Assembly (NCBI GenBank): GCA_963826435.1 | Contig: CAWGWY010000003.1 | Location: forward strand, 17,151 to 81,150 | DNA length: 64,000 nucleotides | From: an uncultured Chitinophagaceae bacterium | Lineage (GTDB): Bacteria > Bacteroidota > Bacteroidia > Chitinophagales > Chitinophagaceae | Direction: 5' to 3' | Shown here: piece by piece, positions 19,943 to 29,456 of the stretch | How positions within the stretch are numbered: position 1 is the stretch's first letter | Layout of the letters: the number at the start of each line of letters is the position of its first letter | Notes under the pieces: model-generated | Told to the model about the DNA's origin: nothing | The model's database searches: none | The model's input: only the letters and a program-made list of their open reading frames with translations | Program-made: the position numbers and the translations under genes

Positions 19943-20137
19943 CTAGCACGGCATTGGGCATCCTATTACTTTTATGCCACTTATTGACTCATAACTTTCG
20001 GCATATATTTCAAATGTCGACGCGCCTTTGCCGGCATCGTATACAACTTTACCCGTAACAATCACCCTGTCGCGGCCTTCTGCTAATAATTTTTCAATGT
20101 CCTTGGCTGGGAATGAAAACTGAAATTCGTTTGGCAT
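19943..20137 (-). CDS. 64-aa small protein with C-terminal GCPMPC, putative signal or ligand precursor
   Basis: ATG preceded by an A/T-rich leader, hairpin after the stop, co-oriented upstream of the 7TM-HK-RR genes. Confidence 0.75.
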   Translation of the reverse strand: MPNEFQFSFPAKDIEKLLAEGRDRVIVTGKVVYDAGKGASTFEIYAESYESISGIKVIGCPMPC

Positions 20138-20634
20138 AAAATAATTTTTTTTTGATTAATTGTTAATAAAAATTAAACTTACAAAATCTTTAAACCCCTG
20201 ACAACACTGTGAATTAGGGGCGCTTTCCTGGAAATGGAGCAAGCAACCTGAATCCCTTATTATCAGGCATTTCAAAAAAATACTGTGAATAATTACCGTG
20301 TTTATACAAGTAAAAAAGGTTAAATCACCCCCTGCCAGTTTACCTTATTTCTAAAATGCAAATTAAAAAGAATGGGTTCCGGTGTTCTATTCTGCACACG
20401 CCTTGTTTTATCATTTCTGCTGTTCGCAGTTCATTTTAAGGAAGGGGGTTATTTAGACTCAGGTAAAGGGGTTAATTTCTTCCGCGGTTGCAGTGTGAAA
20501 GGCTGTGAAGGCTAAATAAACACTTGGTAAAACTTAGTTATTACACTCTTGAAATTAATACGGTGTTTCCCAAACTTTGTATCGGCAATCATCAAACTAT
20601 TGAAGGTTAAAAATAACCGCCAAAAACAAAATTT

Positions 20635-20820
20635 ATGAAATCTCTTCCAAATAAAATTCTTGCGTTGATACTCTCAATGATATTCTGTTGCGATGTTTCC
20701 CTGTTTACTAACGACTGGTATCGTATCAAATGGGTAGAGATTATTAAAACCGTGAAAGAGTTTAAAACTATCGCTACAATGAGTAGATTATTAAATAATT
20801 TTTTTAAACTGGATTACTAA
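20635..20820 (+). CDS. Small hypothetical protein (61 aa) with hydrophobic N-terminus
   Basis: A-rich leader and a CAAACTTTG promoter-like element upstream; ends 19 bp before the DUF2652 gene. Confidence 0.45.
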   Translation: MKSLPNKILALILSMIFCCDVSLFTNDWYRIKWVEIIKTVKEFKTIATMSRLLNNFFKLDY

Positions 20821-20839
20821 CTCAATTAATTAATTTTTT

Positions 20840-21490
20840 ATGAAAGGGTTAATTTTTATTCCGGATATAAGCGGTTTTACAAATTTTGTAAAAAGCATCG
20901 ATATGAACCTCGGGGTATCTATCACCAGGGACTTGCTTAACAGTATTATCGATAGCAATCCCCTGGATGTGAATTTGTCAGAAATAGAGGGAGATGCCAT
21001 CCTGTTTTACAAGTTAGGGAAACCTTTTCCATTAAAAGAAATTATGAATGGATTTAATAACATGTATGAAGCATTTGATACCCGTTTCAAAAAATGGAAA
21101 CTGCAATATAAGATTGAAGCTGATCTGTCATTAAAGCTGATAGTTCATTACGGCGATATAATTGTTTACGATATAAAAGGATTTAAAAAATTGTATGGAG
21201 AAACCGTTATTGAATCTCACAATCTATTAAAAAACGGAAGTAAAATATCTGATTACATCCTGGTAACCGACGATTATGTGAAAGCACTAAACCAAAATAT
21301 TTCAGATCTTTTGGTTGCAGAAAATGACTATCCTTCACGTCAATCGCAACTATACTCCGGCGTTAAGAAAATCGTTTATTACTTTTTCTCAACAGTTAAA
21401 AAAGCTTCCATTCTGTCAAACCTTGTATCTAAAAAAGACAGAGGCCTGAAGGATAATATGTACCTGGCCGTTGGCACATCAACCTTGTAA
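20840..21490 (+). CDS. DUF2652 family protein (nucleotide-cyclase-like fold)
   Basis: FIPDISGFT.FV, EIEGDA, LK.IVHYG and KL.G..VI..H.LLKN motifs. Confidence 0.85.
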   Translation: MKGLIFIPDISGFTNFVKSIDMNLGVSITRDLLNSIIDSNPLDVNLSEIEGDAILFYKLGKPFPLKEIMNGFNNMYEAFDTRFKKWKLQYKIEADLSLKLIVHYGDIIVYDIKGFKKLYGETVIESHNLLKNGSKISDYILVTDDYVKALNQNISDLLVAENDYPSRQSQLYSGVKKIVYYFFSTVKKASILSNLVSKKDRGLKDNMYLAVGTSTL

Positions 21491-21579
21491 AAAGTTCAGG
21501 GTGTATGCCCCGGACTTGTTTGTCCCCGCAGTGGATTTTGTGCACCAGTATTTATTCTTGCCGAAAGATTAATGACAAT

Positions 21580-21613
21580 AAAAAAGGTTTCAGATTGAAA
21601 TATCTGAAACCCT
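21580..21613 (-). terminator. Intrinsic terminator, possibly bidirectional
   Basis: GGTTTCAGAT / ATCTGAAACC stem with an A-run on the left, between convergent genes. Confidence 0.75.
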
Positions 21614-21692
21614 TGAACTGGATTGAATTCACGCGTCTTACATCTATAACTACTAATAGGTCGTCACGGAATTCAAATCTGAACCCGCGTCA

Positions 21693-22265
21693 TTACCTTG
21701 AACGGATGTAATCATCATCGTCATCTGCGTTTTCTGCATCAATATTCAGCTGCCCCACGGCTAAGTCGGTTAACAGGTCATCTGCCTCATATTCTTCATC
21801 CAGAGTTTCCTCCAATTGCATCGCAACGTAGTCTAAGTTCAACTCTACCGCGTATGCACGCGCAGTTCCGTACCCGGCAATTTCGTAATGCTCAATTTTT
21901 TGTGCGGCTCCTATAATTGCCGCGTCCATAGCTTCGGGAGTCATTTCTTCTCCCATCAATTTTTCAGCTTCCTTAATTAAACCTTCGGTTCCCTTGCACT
22001 TTACTGAATTAGTTCCTCCGAATAAATTGGTAAAAAATCCATTGTCCTCTTCCCTGTTACCCTCAATCAAAGTTGCCTTTATATTTTCGAGCCTGTCTTT
22101 TTGCCTTTTGGTAGCTTCAAGATGGGTACTCAATGCCTCTTTTAATTGAGGATCATTTGCCTTTTCAATCATTTTGGGTAATCCCTCAATAATTTGTTCT
22201 TCTGCCGAATACAAATCCAGTATTTCGTGTTTCAACAGGTCTTTCAGATCAATTATTTTTTCCAT
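21693..22265 (-). CDS. Ferritin-like YciE/YciF (DUF892) stress protein
   Basis: DLYSAE.Q....LP.M, HL..T..Q..RL, C.G..GLI.E and AQKIEHYEIA.YGT motifs. Confidence 0.92.
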   Translation of the reverse strand: MEKIIDLKDLLKHEILDLYSAEEQIIEGLPKMIEKANDPQLKEALSTHLEATKRQKDRLENIKATLIEGNREEDNGFFTNLFGGTNSVKCKGTEGLIKEAEKLMGEEMTPEAMDAAIIGAAQKIEHYEIAGYGTARAYAVELNLDYVAMQLEETLDEEYEADDLLTDLAVGQLNIDAENADDDDDYIRSR

Positions 22266-22445
22266 GATTTATGTTTTTTAAAGGTTTAGTGGTTTTGTGA
22301 CAAAAAACCGTGCCGGATTAAAAAATACCAACCATAGAAATTTGGCGAAATAATATATAAGCTTGCCGAAGTGTTGAGAACGTGAAAAATTCCCTCTTTA
22401 TCGATTTAGATAAGCCGGGAACAAGAATTCGCACGAGTGCGGCAA

Positions 22446-24614
22446 TTAATTGCTTGTTTCCTTAAAAAATATTCGATCAGGAATTTGCTCCTTTTGTATT
22501 CCCGGCCCGCTCCATTCAAACTTCAAAAATGATTTGCCGGTCGTTTGGCCTTTACTATAAAGCCTGAAAGGATGAAGGCCTGCTTTTAATGATATGGAAC
22601 CTTTATATTCTGAGCCGCGCTTGAACCCAAAATCAGCATCTATTACCTGGGCATCATGAATACGAAGAAACGCCTTGGTACCCGATTGGAGAAAAAAAGT
22701 ATATTCACCATCCCGGGGCACGTTTATATATCCTTCGAAAGTTAATATACTCCGGATATTCTGTTGACTTTTGTTTAATCCCGGTCTTGAAGCATACCCG
22801 CTCTTCATTAGCTTAAGCGTCTCAACCTGGGGAATCCAAATAAAATTTCCGCTATAAGTTTTCCAGGCTATTCCGGGGGTCACATTTGCCTTCATCGGCG
22901 AAATCAGCGTACTGTCATAAGGCCTGGGAGCAGAAGAATTAGCACGTCGTACCTGCAAAACGCGGGCTTTCATTACCGCATCTAATTTATTTAAATCAGC
23001 TTTAGTTAAGCCCTCAGTATTTTTTTCCTTTATTCGTTCAGGATTCTTGTTCGAAGAAAGCAGGTTGTTTTTTTCTCCCGGATCGTTTACGACATCGTAG
23101 ATTTCAAAATTATCGGCAGGTGATTGTACATCATACCGAACGCCAACATAATCGCCAATACGGATCAATTGCATCTGGTTTCGTTTGCGTCCGCGATGGT
23201 TGGGTGAAAAATCCTCAAAATCAGGCGTCTTCCCATTCTGATAGTATTCATTATAAATCAGGCTGCTTCTTTGTTTGTCTGCCCCGGTAAGGGAAGGAAG
23301 AAGTGAAACTCCATCCATACGTTCAGGCGCGGGCTCACCCGCCATATCCAGGAAAGTTACAGGCCAATCATAAGAAATGCTGGGCGATTTTACAACCTTT
23401 CCTGCCGGAATATGGCCAGGCCAGTTTGCGATTGTCGCTACCCGCACACCGCCTTCCCAGTCATCCCGTTTAATGCCATCGAACGGGCCATAACTTTCAA
23501 AAAAATCAGGATGATTCGGTACATAATTCTTAGGCAAATAAGATTCGATCGAAGGGCCATTATCAGATGTGTAGACGATCACCGTATTTGAATCGATCTT
23601 CAGGTCTTTCAATAATTGCTTTATATCGCCCACGGCATAGTCTATTCTCCGGTTTGCTGTGGCATACCTTTTATAGGTCTCCGGCCATGGCGCTTCGGGC
23701 GTGTTAGGATTATGATCATCGTCGTAAGTAGCATTGGAATAATCCGGATTTATATATGAATCCACTTGTCCTTCTGCCGTATTGATCATGTGGCCTTTTT
23801 CACCAAGCCATTGAATTCCTCCATTTAACCCACCACCATCGGGATATTTTTCTGTTGGCAACTCCAGTACCGCGTGTGGTGTTTCATACGCAAGGTAGAG
23901 GAAGAATGGCTTGCCGGCCTCCCCTCCTTTTTCATGATCAACAATATATTTTTTAGCAACGGCAGTCCATAAATCGGCCGTATAACATTTATCCAGCCCC
24001 GGCGATACATTTGTGTAATTTTCCCATACTTCCTTTGGGCCTTCATATACACCCTCTTTGGGATAATGTTCATGCCCATCATTGTGGCGTATGTAACTAA
24101 AGGAATACTCAAATCCCCTTTTCAAAGGATGTGCCGGCCATTCGGATCCATTCGTATCCCACCTGTTATCGCCCTGCAAGCCCCACTTACCAATTAAAGC
24201 GGTGCTGTAACCCAGATTCCGCAACGTTGAGGGCATATTATAATTATCTTCTAAAGCTTTATCAAATTGGTTATCGCGAATATTAGCATGTCCCTGGCTT
24301 ACTCCCAGTAAAATGGATGCCCGTGAAGGGGCACAAACAGGAGCTGCGCAGTAATGCTGGGTTAGCATGGCGCCTCCCGCTGCCAGCTTATCCAGGTTCG
24401 GTGAATATTGCCATGGTTTACTCCGGTCATTTGCTTTTGCTCTTTGGTGCTGAAAGAAAACTCCCAGGTCGCCATAGCCCTGGTCGTCAACCAAAATAAA
24501 AATAATATTGGGTTTAACTTTTTCAACTTTCCGCTGAGAAAAGACAGGCATGGATATTATATGGACAGAAAGAACCAGGATTAATCTTATTTCAGAGGCC
24601 TTATAGATTTTCAT
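22446..24614 (-). CDS. Cys-type sulfatase (family S1) with C-terminal PA14 domain
   Basis: DDQGYGD, CAPSR, GKWGL and SDNG motifs; C-terminal GYI.VP.DGEYTF, L.AGLHP and WSGPG. Start uncertain (24614 or 24710). Confidence 0.88.
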   Translation of the reverse strand: MKIYKASEIRLILVLSVHIISMPVFSQRKVEKVKPNIIFILVDDQGYGDLGVFFQHQRAKANDRSKPWQYSPNLDKLAAGGAMLTQHYCAAPVCAPSRASILLGVSQGHANIRDNQFDKALEDNYNMPSTLRNLGYSTALIGKWGLQGDNRWDTNGSEWPAHPLKRGFEYSFSYIRHNDGHEHYPKEGVYEGPKEVWENYTNVSPGLDKCYTADLWTAVAKKYIVDHEKGGEAGKPFFLYLAYETPHAVLELPTEKYPDGGGLNGGIQWLGEKGHMINTAEGQVDSYINPDYSNATYDDDHNPNTPEAPWPETYKRYATANRRIDYAVGDIKQLLKDLKIDSNTVIVYTSDNGPSIESYLPKNYVPNHPDFFESYGPFDGIKRDDWEGGVRVATIANWPGHIPAGKVVKSPSISYDWPVTFLDMAGEPAPERMDGVSLLPSLTGADKQRSSLIYNEYYQNGKTPDFEDFSPNHRGRKRNQMQLIRIGDYVGVRYDVQSPADNFEIYDVVNDPGEKNNLLSSNKNPERIKEKNTEGLTKADLNKLDAVMKARVLQVRRANSSAPRPYDSTLISPMKANVTPGIAWKTYSGNFIWIPQVETLKLMKSGYASRPGLNKSQQNIRSILTFEGYINVPRDGEYTFFLQSGTKAFLRIHDAQVIDADFGFKRGSEYKGSISLKAGLHPFRLYSKGQTTGKSFLKFEWSGPGIQKEQIPDRIFFKETSN

Positions 24615-24898
24615 TTTCTCTGCGAGTTTTAAAAAAGCTTTTTTCTGAGTGTCATATTGATTTCTCTCTGCAACAGAGAACCTTCCAGTCTCATTCATCG
24701 GCATGGGCATTCACATTAAATTGAGTACCCTGATCAAAAATTTCGACGCCCTTTGCAATGACTTTAAATAGCCTTCTGGAATTCTGCCCTGAACAATTCA
24801 AAAAAATATTTTGCTACAGGGGTTCGCAGCCTCAAATAAATTAGTCACCGGCCCTGATCTTTGTTACAATTTCTTATTGCGGCGGCTGGGTTTGTGAT

Positions 24899-26044
24899 TT
24901 AAGAAATACTATTCCCAATAGCTTGCTCAATATCATCAATAAGGTCGCGTGAATTTTCAATTCCTACCGACAATCTTAATAAATTATCCCGGATACCAAT
25001 CGCCAGCCGCTCTTCCTGTGTAAGATACCTGTGCGATGTAAAAACGGGTGAACAAATAAGGCTTTCAACGCCTCCCAGGCTTAAGGCGGGAGCAATTACG
25101 CGAAGGTTCTTCTGAAATTCCTTAATGCCTTGAAAATCGGTGTTTAATTCAAAAGAAACCATGCCTCCGAACCCTTTCATTTGTTGTGTTGCTATTGCAT
25201 GTTGCGGATGCGATGGAAGCCCCGGATAATACACCTCGTTCACTGAATGATGGCTACTTAAATACCGGGCAATTTCCATCGCGTTTTCATTTTGCTTGTT
25301 TATCCTTAACGCAAGCGTTTTCAGGCTTCTTTCAGCTAAATAACATTCGTAAGGCGTTAAAGATCCGCCATACATTTTAGCGGTATTATAAATAAGATCT
25401 TTATATTTTAAATTGTTGCAAGCCAAAGCTCCGTATGGGAGATCGTTATGACCACCCAGGTATTTGGTGCCACTATGTATAGTAATATCTATGCCTTCAT
25501 TAATTGGCAATTGATTTATAGGAGAAGCAAATGTGTTATCAATTATGGTAACGATGTTTTTTGCTTTTGCTATTGCGCAAACTTCTTTTATTGAAACAAT
25601 ATTAAGGAGTGGGTTCGAAGGTGTTTCAATGTAAAATAGTTTTGTATTTTCCCGCAATACCGCATTGAAACTTTCGGCTGTACCGTCTGCAAAGCTGCAT
25701 GCAATTCCTCTTTTGGGAAGTTCTTCGTGCGCAAGTTTTAAAGTGCCGCCATAAAGATCTTTTGAAAAAACGATGTGATCATTATGGCTTACAAAACTCA
25801 GTATAGCTGTACTTATTGCTGCCATGCCCGAACTAAATACCATACCCCATGCGCCCTGCTCGAGTTCACAGATGATTTCACCAAGACGAAGCTGGTTATA
25901 AGTTGAATAAAATCCGGGGTATTGTAAAGTCTCAGCATCTAAGTAATCATAGGCAACTGCCGGGTATATAGGTGCGGTAACAGCCCCGTTTTTATTAGTA
26001 TTATCCCTTAATGGATGTACGCATCGCGTTTCAGCATTTTTCAT
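24899..26044 (-). CDS. PLP-dependent transsulfuration enzyme (cystathionine gamma-synthase/lyase family)
   Basis: FSSGMAAI, ETPSNP, DNTFASP, HSGTKYLGGH, SLGGVESL and RLSVGIE motifs; likely start at 26044. Confidence 0.92.
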   Translation of the reverse strand: MKNAETRCVHPLRDNTNKNGAVTAPIYPAVAYDYLDAETLQYPGFYSTYNQLRLGEIICELEQGAWGMVFSSGMAAISTAILSFVSHNDHIVFSKDLYGGTLKLAHEELPKRGIACSFADGTAESFNAVLRENTKLFYIETPSNPLLNIVSIKEVCAIAKAKNIVTIIDNTFASPINQLPINEGIDITIHSGTKYLGGHNDLPYGALACNNLKYKDLIYNTAKMYGGSLTPYECYLAERSLKTLALRINKQNENAMEIARYLSSHHSVNEVYYPGLPSHPQHAIATQQMKGFGGMVSFELNTDFQGIKEFQKNLRVIAPALSLGGVESLICSPVFTSHRYLTQEERLAIGIRDNLLRLSVGIENSRDLIDDIEQAIGNSIS

Positions 26045-26118
26045 TTCCAAAAGTAATTCAACTTTATTTCGCAAATAATAAAATGCTGCTATTTGAAGAA
26101 TCATTATTTACATGGGCT

Positions 26119-26126
26119 TATTTTTG
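26119..26126 (+). promoter_or_regulatory. Bacteroidota -7 promoter element (TAnnTTTG)
   Basis: TATTTTTG 30 bp upstream of the ClC start. Confidence 0.5.
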
Positions 26127-26155
26127 TGTCTTTTTTAAGAGCAGTTAATAATTAA

Positions 26156-28054
26156 ATGGACAGAAAAAATATTTTAAACAACGGCATTCCGATATCAATT
26201 TCATTATCTCCCACATTAGAGGCTGAAAACATAAAGCCGCAGGCTCTGCAAAATAAAAAACGGTTGGTCACCATTGCATCTTTGGCCATCCTGGTTGCAA
26301 TATGTGTCAGCTTCATAGCTAAGGGCCTTGTGTACCTTATTGATCTTATTACAAATATTTCTTTTCACGGTAATATTTCCGTGGCACATTCCAGCCCGTC
26401 TGATAATGCGTTAGGAGTATTTGTTATTCTAATACCAGCTGCGGGAGGCATCATTGTTGGACTTATGGCTTTATACGGCTCCAAGGCTATCCGGGGGCAT
26501 GGCATTCCTGAAGCCATGGAGCAAATACTCACCAACCAAAGTAAAATAAAGCCAACTATTACTTACCTAAAGCCTATTTCATCTGCGATAGCGATTGGAA
26601 CAGGAGGTCCATTTGGTGCCGAAGGCCCTATTATTGCAACCGGTGGCGCCTTGGGATCTACGTTAGGTCAGATCCTAAAAATCACCCACAATGAAAGAAA
26701 GATATTACTGGCGTCAGGCGCTACTGCAGGCATGGCTGCCATTTTTGGAAGCCCGATTGCAGGTATTTTTCTTGCCATCGAGCTTTTGCTATTTGAGTTT
26801 TCTCCAAGATCAATAATACCTGTTGCTTTGGCCTGTATTACAGGTGCTGCCGGGCATCATTTTCTTTTTGAGGCAGGACCCGTTTTTGCAATTAAAGAAA
26901 ATATTGAAGCGCCTTCCAATACAGCACTCTTAACCTATAGCATCATTGGCGTGTCTATAGGATTATTATCAGTATTTATAACAAGGGTTGTTTATTTGGT
27001 TGAAGATACTTTTGAGAAATTGCCGATACATTGGATGTGGTGGCCAGCCATTGGTGGCCTTGCAGTCGGCATTATTGGTTATTACGCCCCGCACACTTTA
27101 GGTGTAGGTTATGAAAATATAACAAACATTCTTTCAGGGAACCTGGCATTTAATGTTATTCTTTCACTGTGCATTTTTAAATTCATTTCATGGGCTATTG
27201 CCCTGGGTAGTGGGACCTCAGGGGGTACACTGGCGCCTTTGCTTACAATTGGCGGAGCAGCCGGTGCTTTATCAGGCACCCTTGTGATTTACTTTTTCCC
27301 CTCCTCGGGCATTACAATAACGCTGGCGGCATTAACAGGCATGTCTGCTATGTTTGCAGGCGCTTCACGTGCTTTGCTCACGTCAATAATTTTTGCCCTG
27401 GAAGTAACTGGCCAATCCAATGCTTTATTACCCTTACTTGCGTCATGCACCGCATCTTATTTAATTTCATTTTTCCTGATGGAGAATACAATAATGACGG
27501 AAAAAATTACCCGGCGCGGTGTAAAACCCCCGGAATCTTTTGAACCCGATATATTGGAAAAAATATTGGTGAAGGAAGTGATCAACGAAGATGAAATGGT
27601 GATAAGTGAAGAAAATAGCATAAGAGAAGTGAAGGGTTGGCTTGAAAAAGAAAAAGACTACTTCAGTAATTATTTTATAATTGTAAACAGGGACAATGAA
27701 TTCATGGGAATCATAAGTTCATCAAGCTTGTTTAGCAATCATCAGAACGAGGATAATAATGTGGGAACTTTAATCAGAAGAAATAGCATCTCGGTAAATA
27801 TGGACACAAGTCTGCGTGTAGCAGTAGGGCTGATGGCAAAAGAGAATGTAGATATCTTACCGGCTGTATCCGATAAAAAAACCATTGTAGGAGTGCTTTC
27901 ATATAAAAATATTATTTCGGCTTACAAGTATAGTATGGAACAACATGAGAAAAAAAATCCCGGAATTTCATTGAAGAGAAATAGTTTAAAAATATTAATC
28001 CACGGTCAAAAATTAATATCTACCGGAAAAAGAAAATTCCTGAACAAGGATTGA
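26156..28054 (+). CDS. ClC family chloride channel / H+ antiporter with CBS domains
   Basis: GHGIPE, GAEGP and GGTLAP signatures; C-terminal CBS pair. Confidence 0.92.
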   Translation: MDRKNILNNGIPISISLSPTLEAENIKPQALQNKKRLVTIASLAILVAICVSFIAKGLVYLIDLITNISFHGNISVAHSSPSDNALGVFVILIPAAGGIIVGLMALYGSKAIRGHGIPEAMEQILTNQSKIKPTITYLKPISSAIAIGTGGPFGAEGPIIATGGALGSTLGQILKITHNERKILLASGATAGMAAIFGSPIAGIFLAIELLLFEFSPRSIIPVALACITGAAGHHFLFEAGPVFAIKENIEAPSNTALLTYSIIGVSIGLLSVFITRVVYLVEDTFEKLPIHWMWWPAIGGLAVGIIGYYAPHTLGVGYENITNILSGNLAFNVILSLCIFKFISWAIALGSGTSGGTLAPLLTIGGAAGALSGTLVIYFFPSSGITITLAALTGMSAMFAGASRALLTSIIFALEVTGQSNALLPLLASCTASYLISFFLMENTIMTEKITRRGVKPPESFEPDILEKILVKEVINEDEMVISEENSIREVKGWLEKEKDYFSNYFIIVNRDNEFMGIISSSSLFSNHQNEDNNVGTLIRRNSISVNMDTSLRVAVGLMAKENVDILPAVSDKKTIVGVLSYKNIISAYKYSMEQHEKKNPGISLKRNSLKILIHGQKLISTGKRKFLNKD

Positions 28055-28435
28055 AGGATTTCATCAGAAGAATTTTATTTCAAAAAATAAACGACATACT
28101 CCCATGTGGTTTATCTGCTTACGCCGCACCTTGGCCTTGTACCTAACGGCAAAAAACAACATGCTATTTCCCCTATCATCAAACGAACAGGGAGCAACAG
28201 GCAACTGATCCAAAGCCGGTGTAATTAAAATATCGTTTTAGAAAGGCAAACCGAATTGCTCCACCTCAATGTAAATTTTTTTTGGGGTAGATTATAAATT
28301 TTAACATAGGGAAGGCCGGCCCTTGCAGGCGCAACATTAATAACATTTTTTCCCAATATAAATTTTTCGTTAGCTCATGATACGTACGGCAACCTTTCAG
28401 TTATAAAACACGATATATGGTTGAAAGAATTTTTT

Positions 28436-28877
28436 ATGAAAGGAAGGTCTGAGAAAAATGTGCTTATTTTTTTTATCGCTACGGCGTTGATAGCAACCGT
28501 TAGTGGTTTCATATTATGGAACAAACCTCACAAGGATGTGAAAGACTGCGGATTCAATTAGAGTCACTTCTTTTGATCTTTATAAAATTTTCAGCACGGA
28601 TTCTTCCATTGCCAAAACAAAATATCTAAACTCAGTTGTTATGGTATCGGGTGAAGTGAAGGAAGTATTCACCAACCAGCAAAAACAACAAATCATTCTT
28701 TTAAAAACACAACTCCCCGATGCATCGGTCAATTGCACAATGGAAGAAAATACAAAAGATATAAGGCCCGGAGATTCCATTGTTCTTAAGGGAATTTGTA
28801 GCGGCTATATTAATGGGGATGCGGATATGGGCTTACCCGGAGATGTTTTTTTAATAAGATGTTACCGCTCAATTTAA
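28436..28877 (+). pseudogene. OB-fold (tRNA_anti-like) protein interrupted by a +1 frameshift near 28547
   Basis: MKGRSEKNVLIFFIATALIATVSGFILWNKPHKDVKD joins ADSIRVTSFDLYKIF...KYLNSVVMVSGEV...KGICSGY when one base is removed. Confidence 0.75.
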
Positions 28878-28888
28878 AATAAAACACC

Positions 28889-29446
28889 TTGAAAAAAATC
28901 ATTCTTTTGTCAGTAACATTATCCATTTGTATCAGTCATTCCTTTGGCCAGTTGTATTTTACAAAAAATGGTAAAATATCTTTTTTTTCGAAAGCAACCC
29001 TTGAGAATATTTCTGCGGATAATAACCAGGTGATAAGTGTGCTCAATACCCAAAATGGTCTCCTTCAATTTTCGGTATTAAACAATGCTTTTCATTTTCC
29101 AAAAGCTATGATGGAGCAGCACTTTAACAGCGACTATATTGAAAGCGATAAATATCCTGCTTCAACATTTAAAGGAATGATCGCGAACATAAGCAGTGTA
29201 GATATTACTAAAGATGGAACTTATAATGTGAATGTAACAGGTACCCTGACAATACACGGAGTCTCAAAAGTTGTGGAGACCGCCGGTGCAATTATTATTA
29301 GTGCAGGAAAAATTTCCACCACTTCCATCTTCAAAATATTACTGAAAGATTACAACATACAAATTCCTTCAATAGTGAAGAATAATATTTCTGAAAATAT
29401 TGAAATAACTGTTAACTGTAACTACGAAAAAAAATCGTCAAGCTAA
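28889..29446 (+). CDS. YceI family lipid/polyisoprenoid-binding protein
   Basis: ISFFS, F.F...MEQHFN..Y.ESDKYP and G.LTIHGV motifs; TTG start with signal peptide. Confidence 0.9.
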   Translation: MKKIILLSVTLSICISHSFGQLYFTKNGKISFFSKATLENISADNNQVISVLNTQNGLLQFSVLNNAFHFPKAMMEQHFNSDYIESDKYPASTFKGMIANISSVDITKDGTYNVNVTGTLTIHGVSKVVETAGAIIISAGKISTTSIFKILLKDYNIQIPSIVKNNISENIEITVNCNYEKKSSS

Positions 29447-29456
29447 AAAAATTATT

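Noticed and set aside
19943-20137. RiPP (lanthipeptide or thiolactone) precursor
   Set aside because: No modifying enzyme, AgrB-like protease, leader motif or exporter in the neighbourhood; kept only as a putative unmodified ligand.
26045-26155. Fluoride or SAM riboswitch upstream of the ClC or transsulfuration gene
   Set aside because: The intergenic region is short and AT-rich with no aptamer consensus, and the ClC motifs (GHGIP, GAEGP) are not the fluoride-exporter type.
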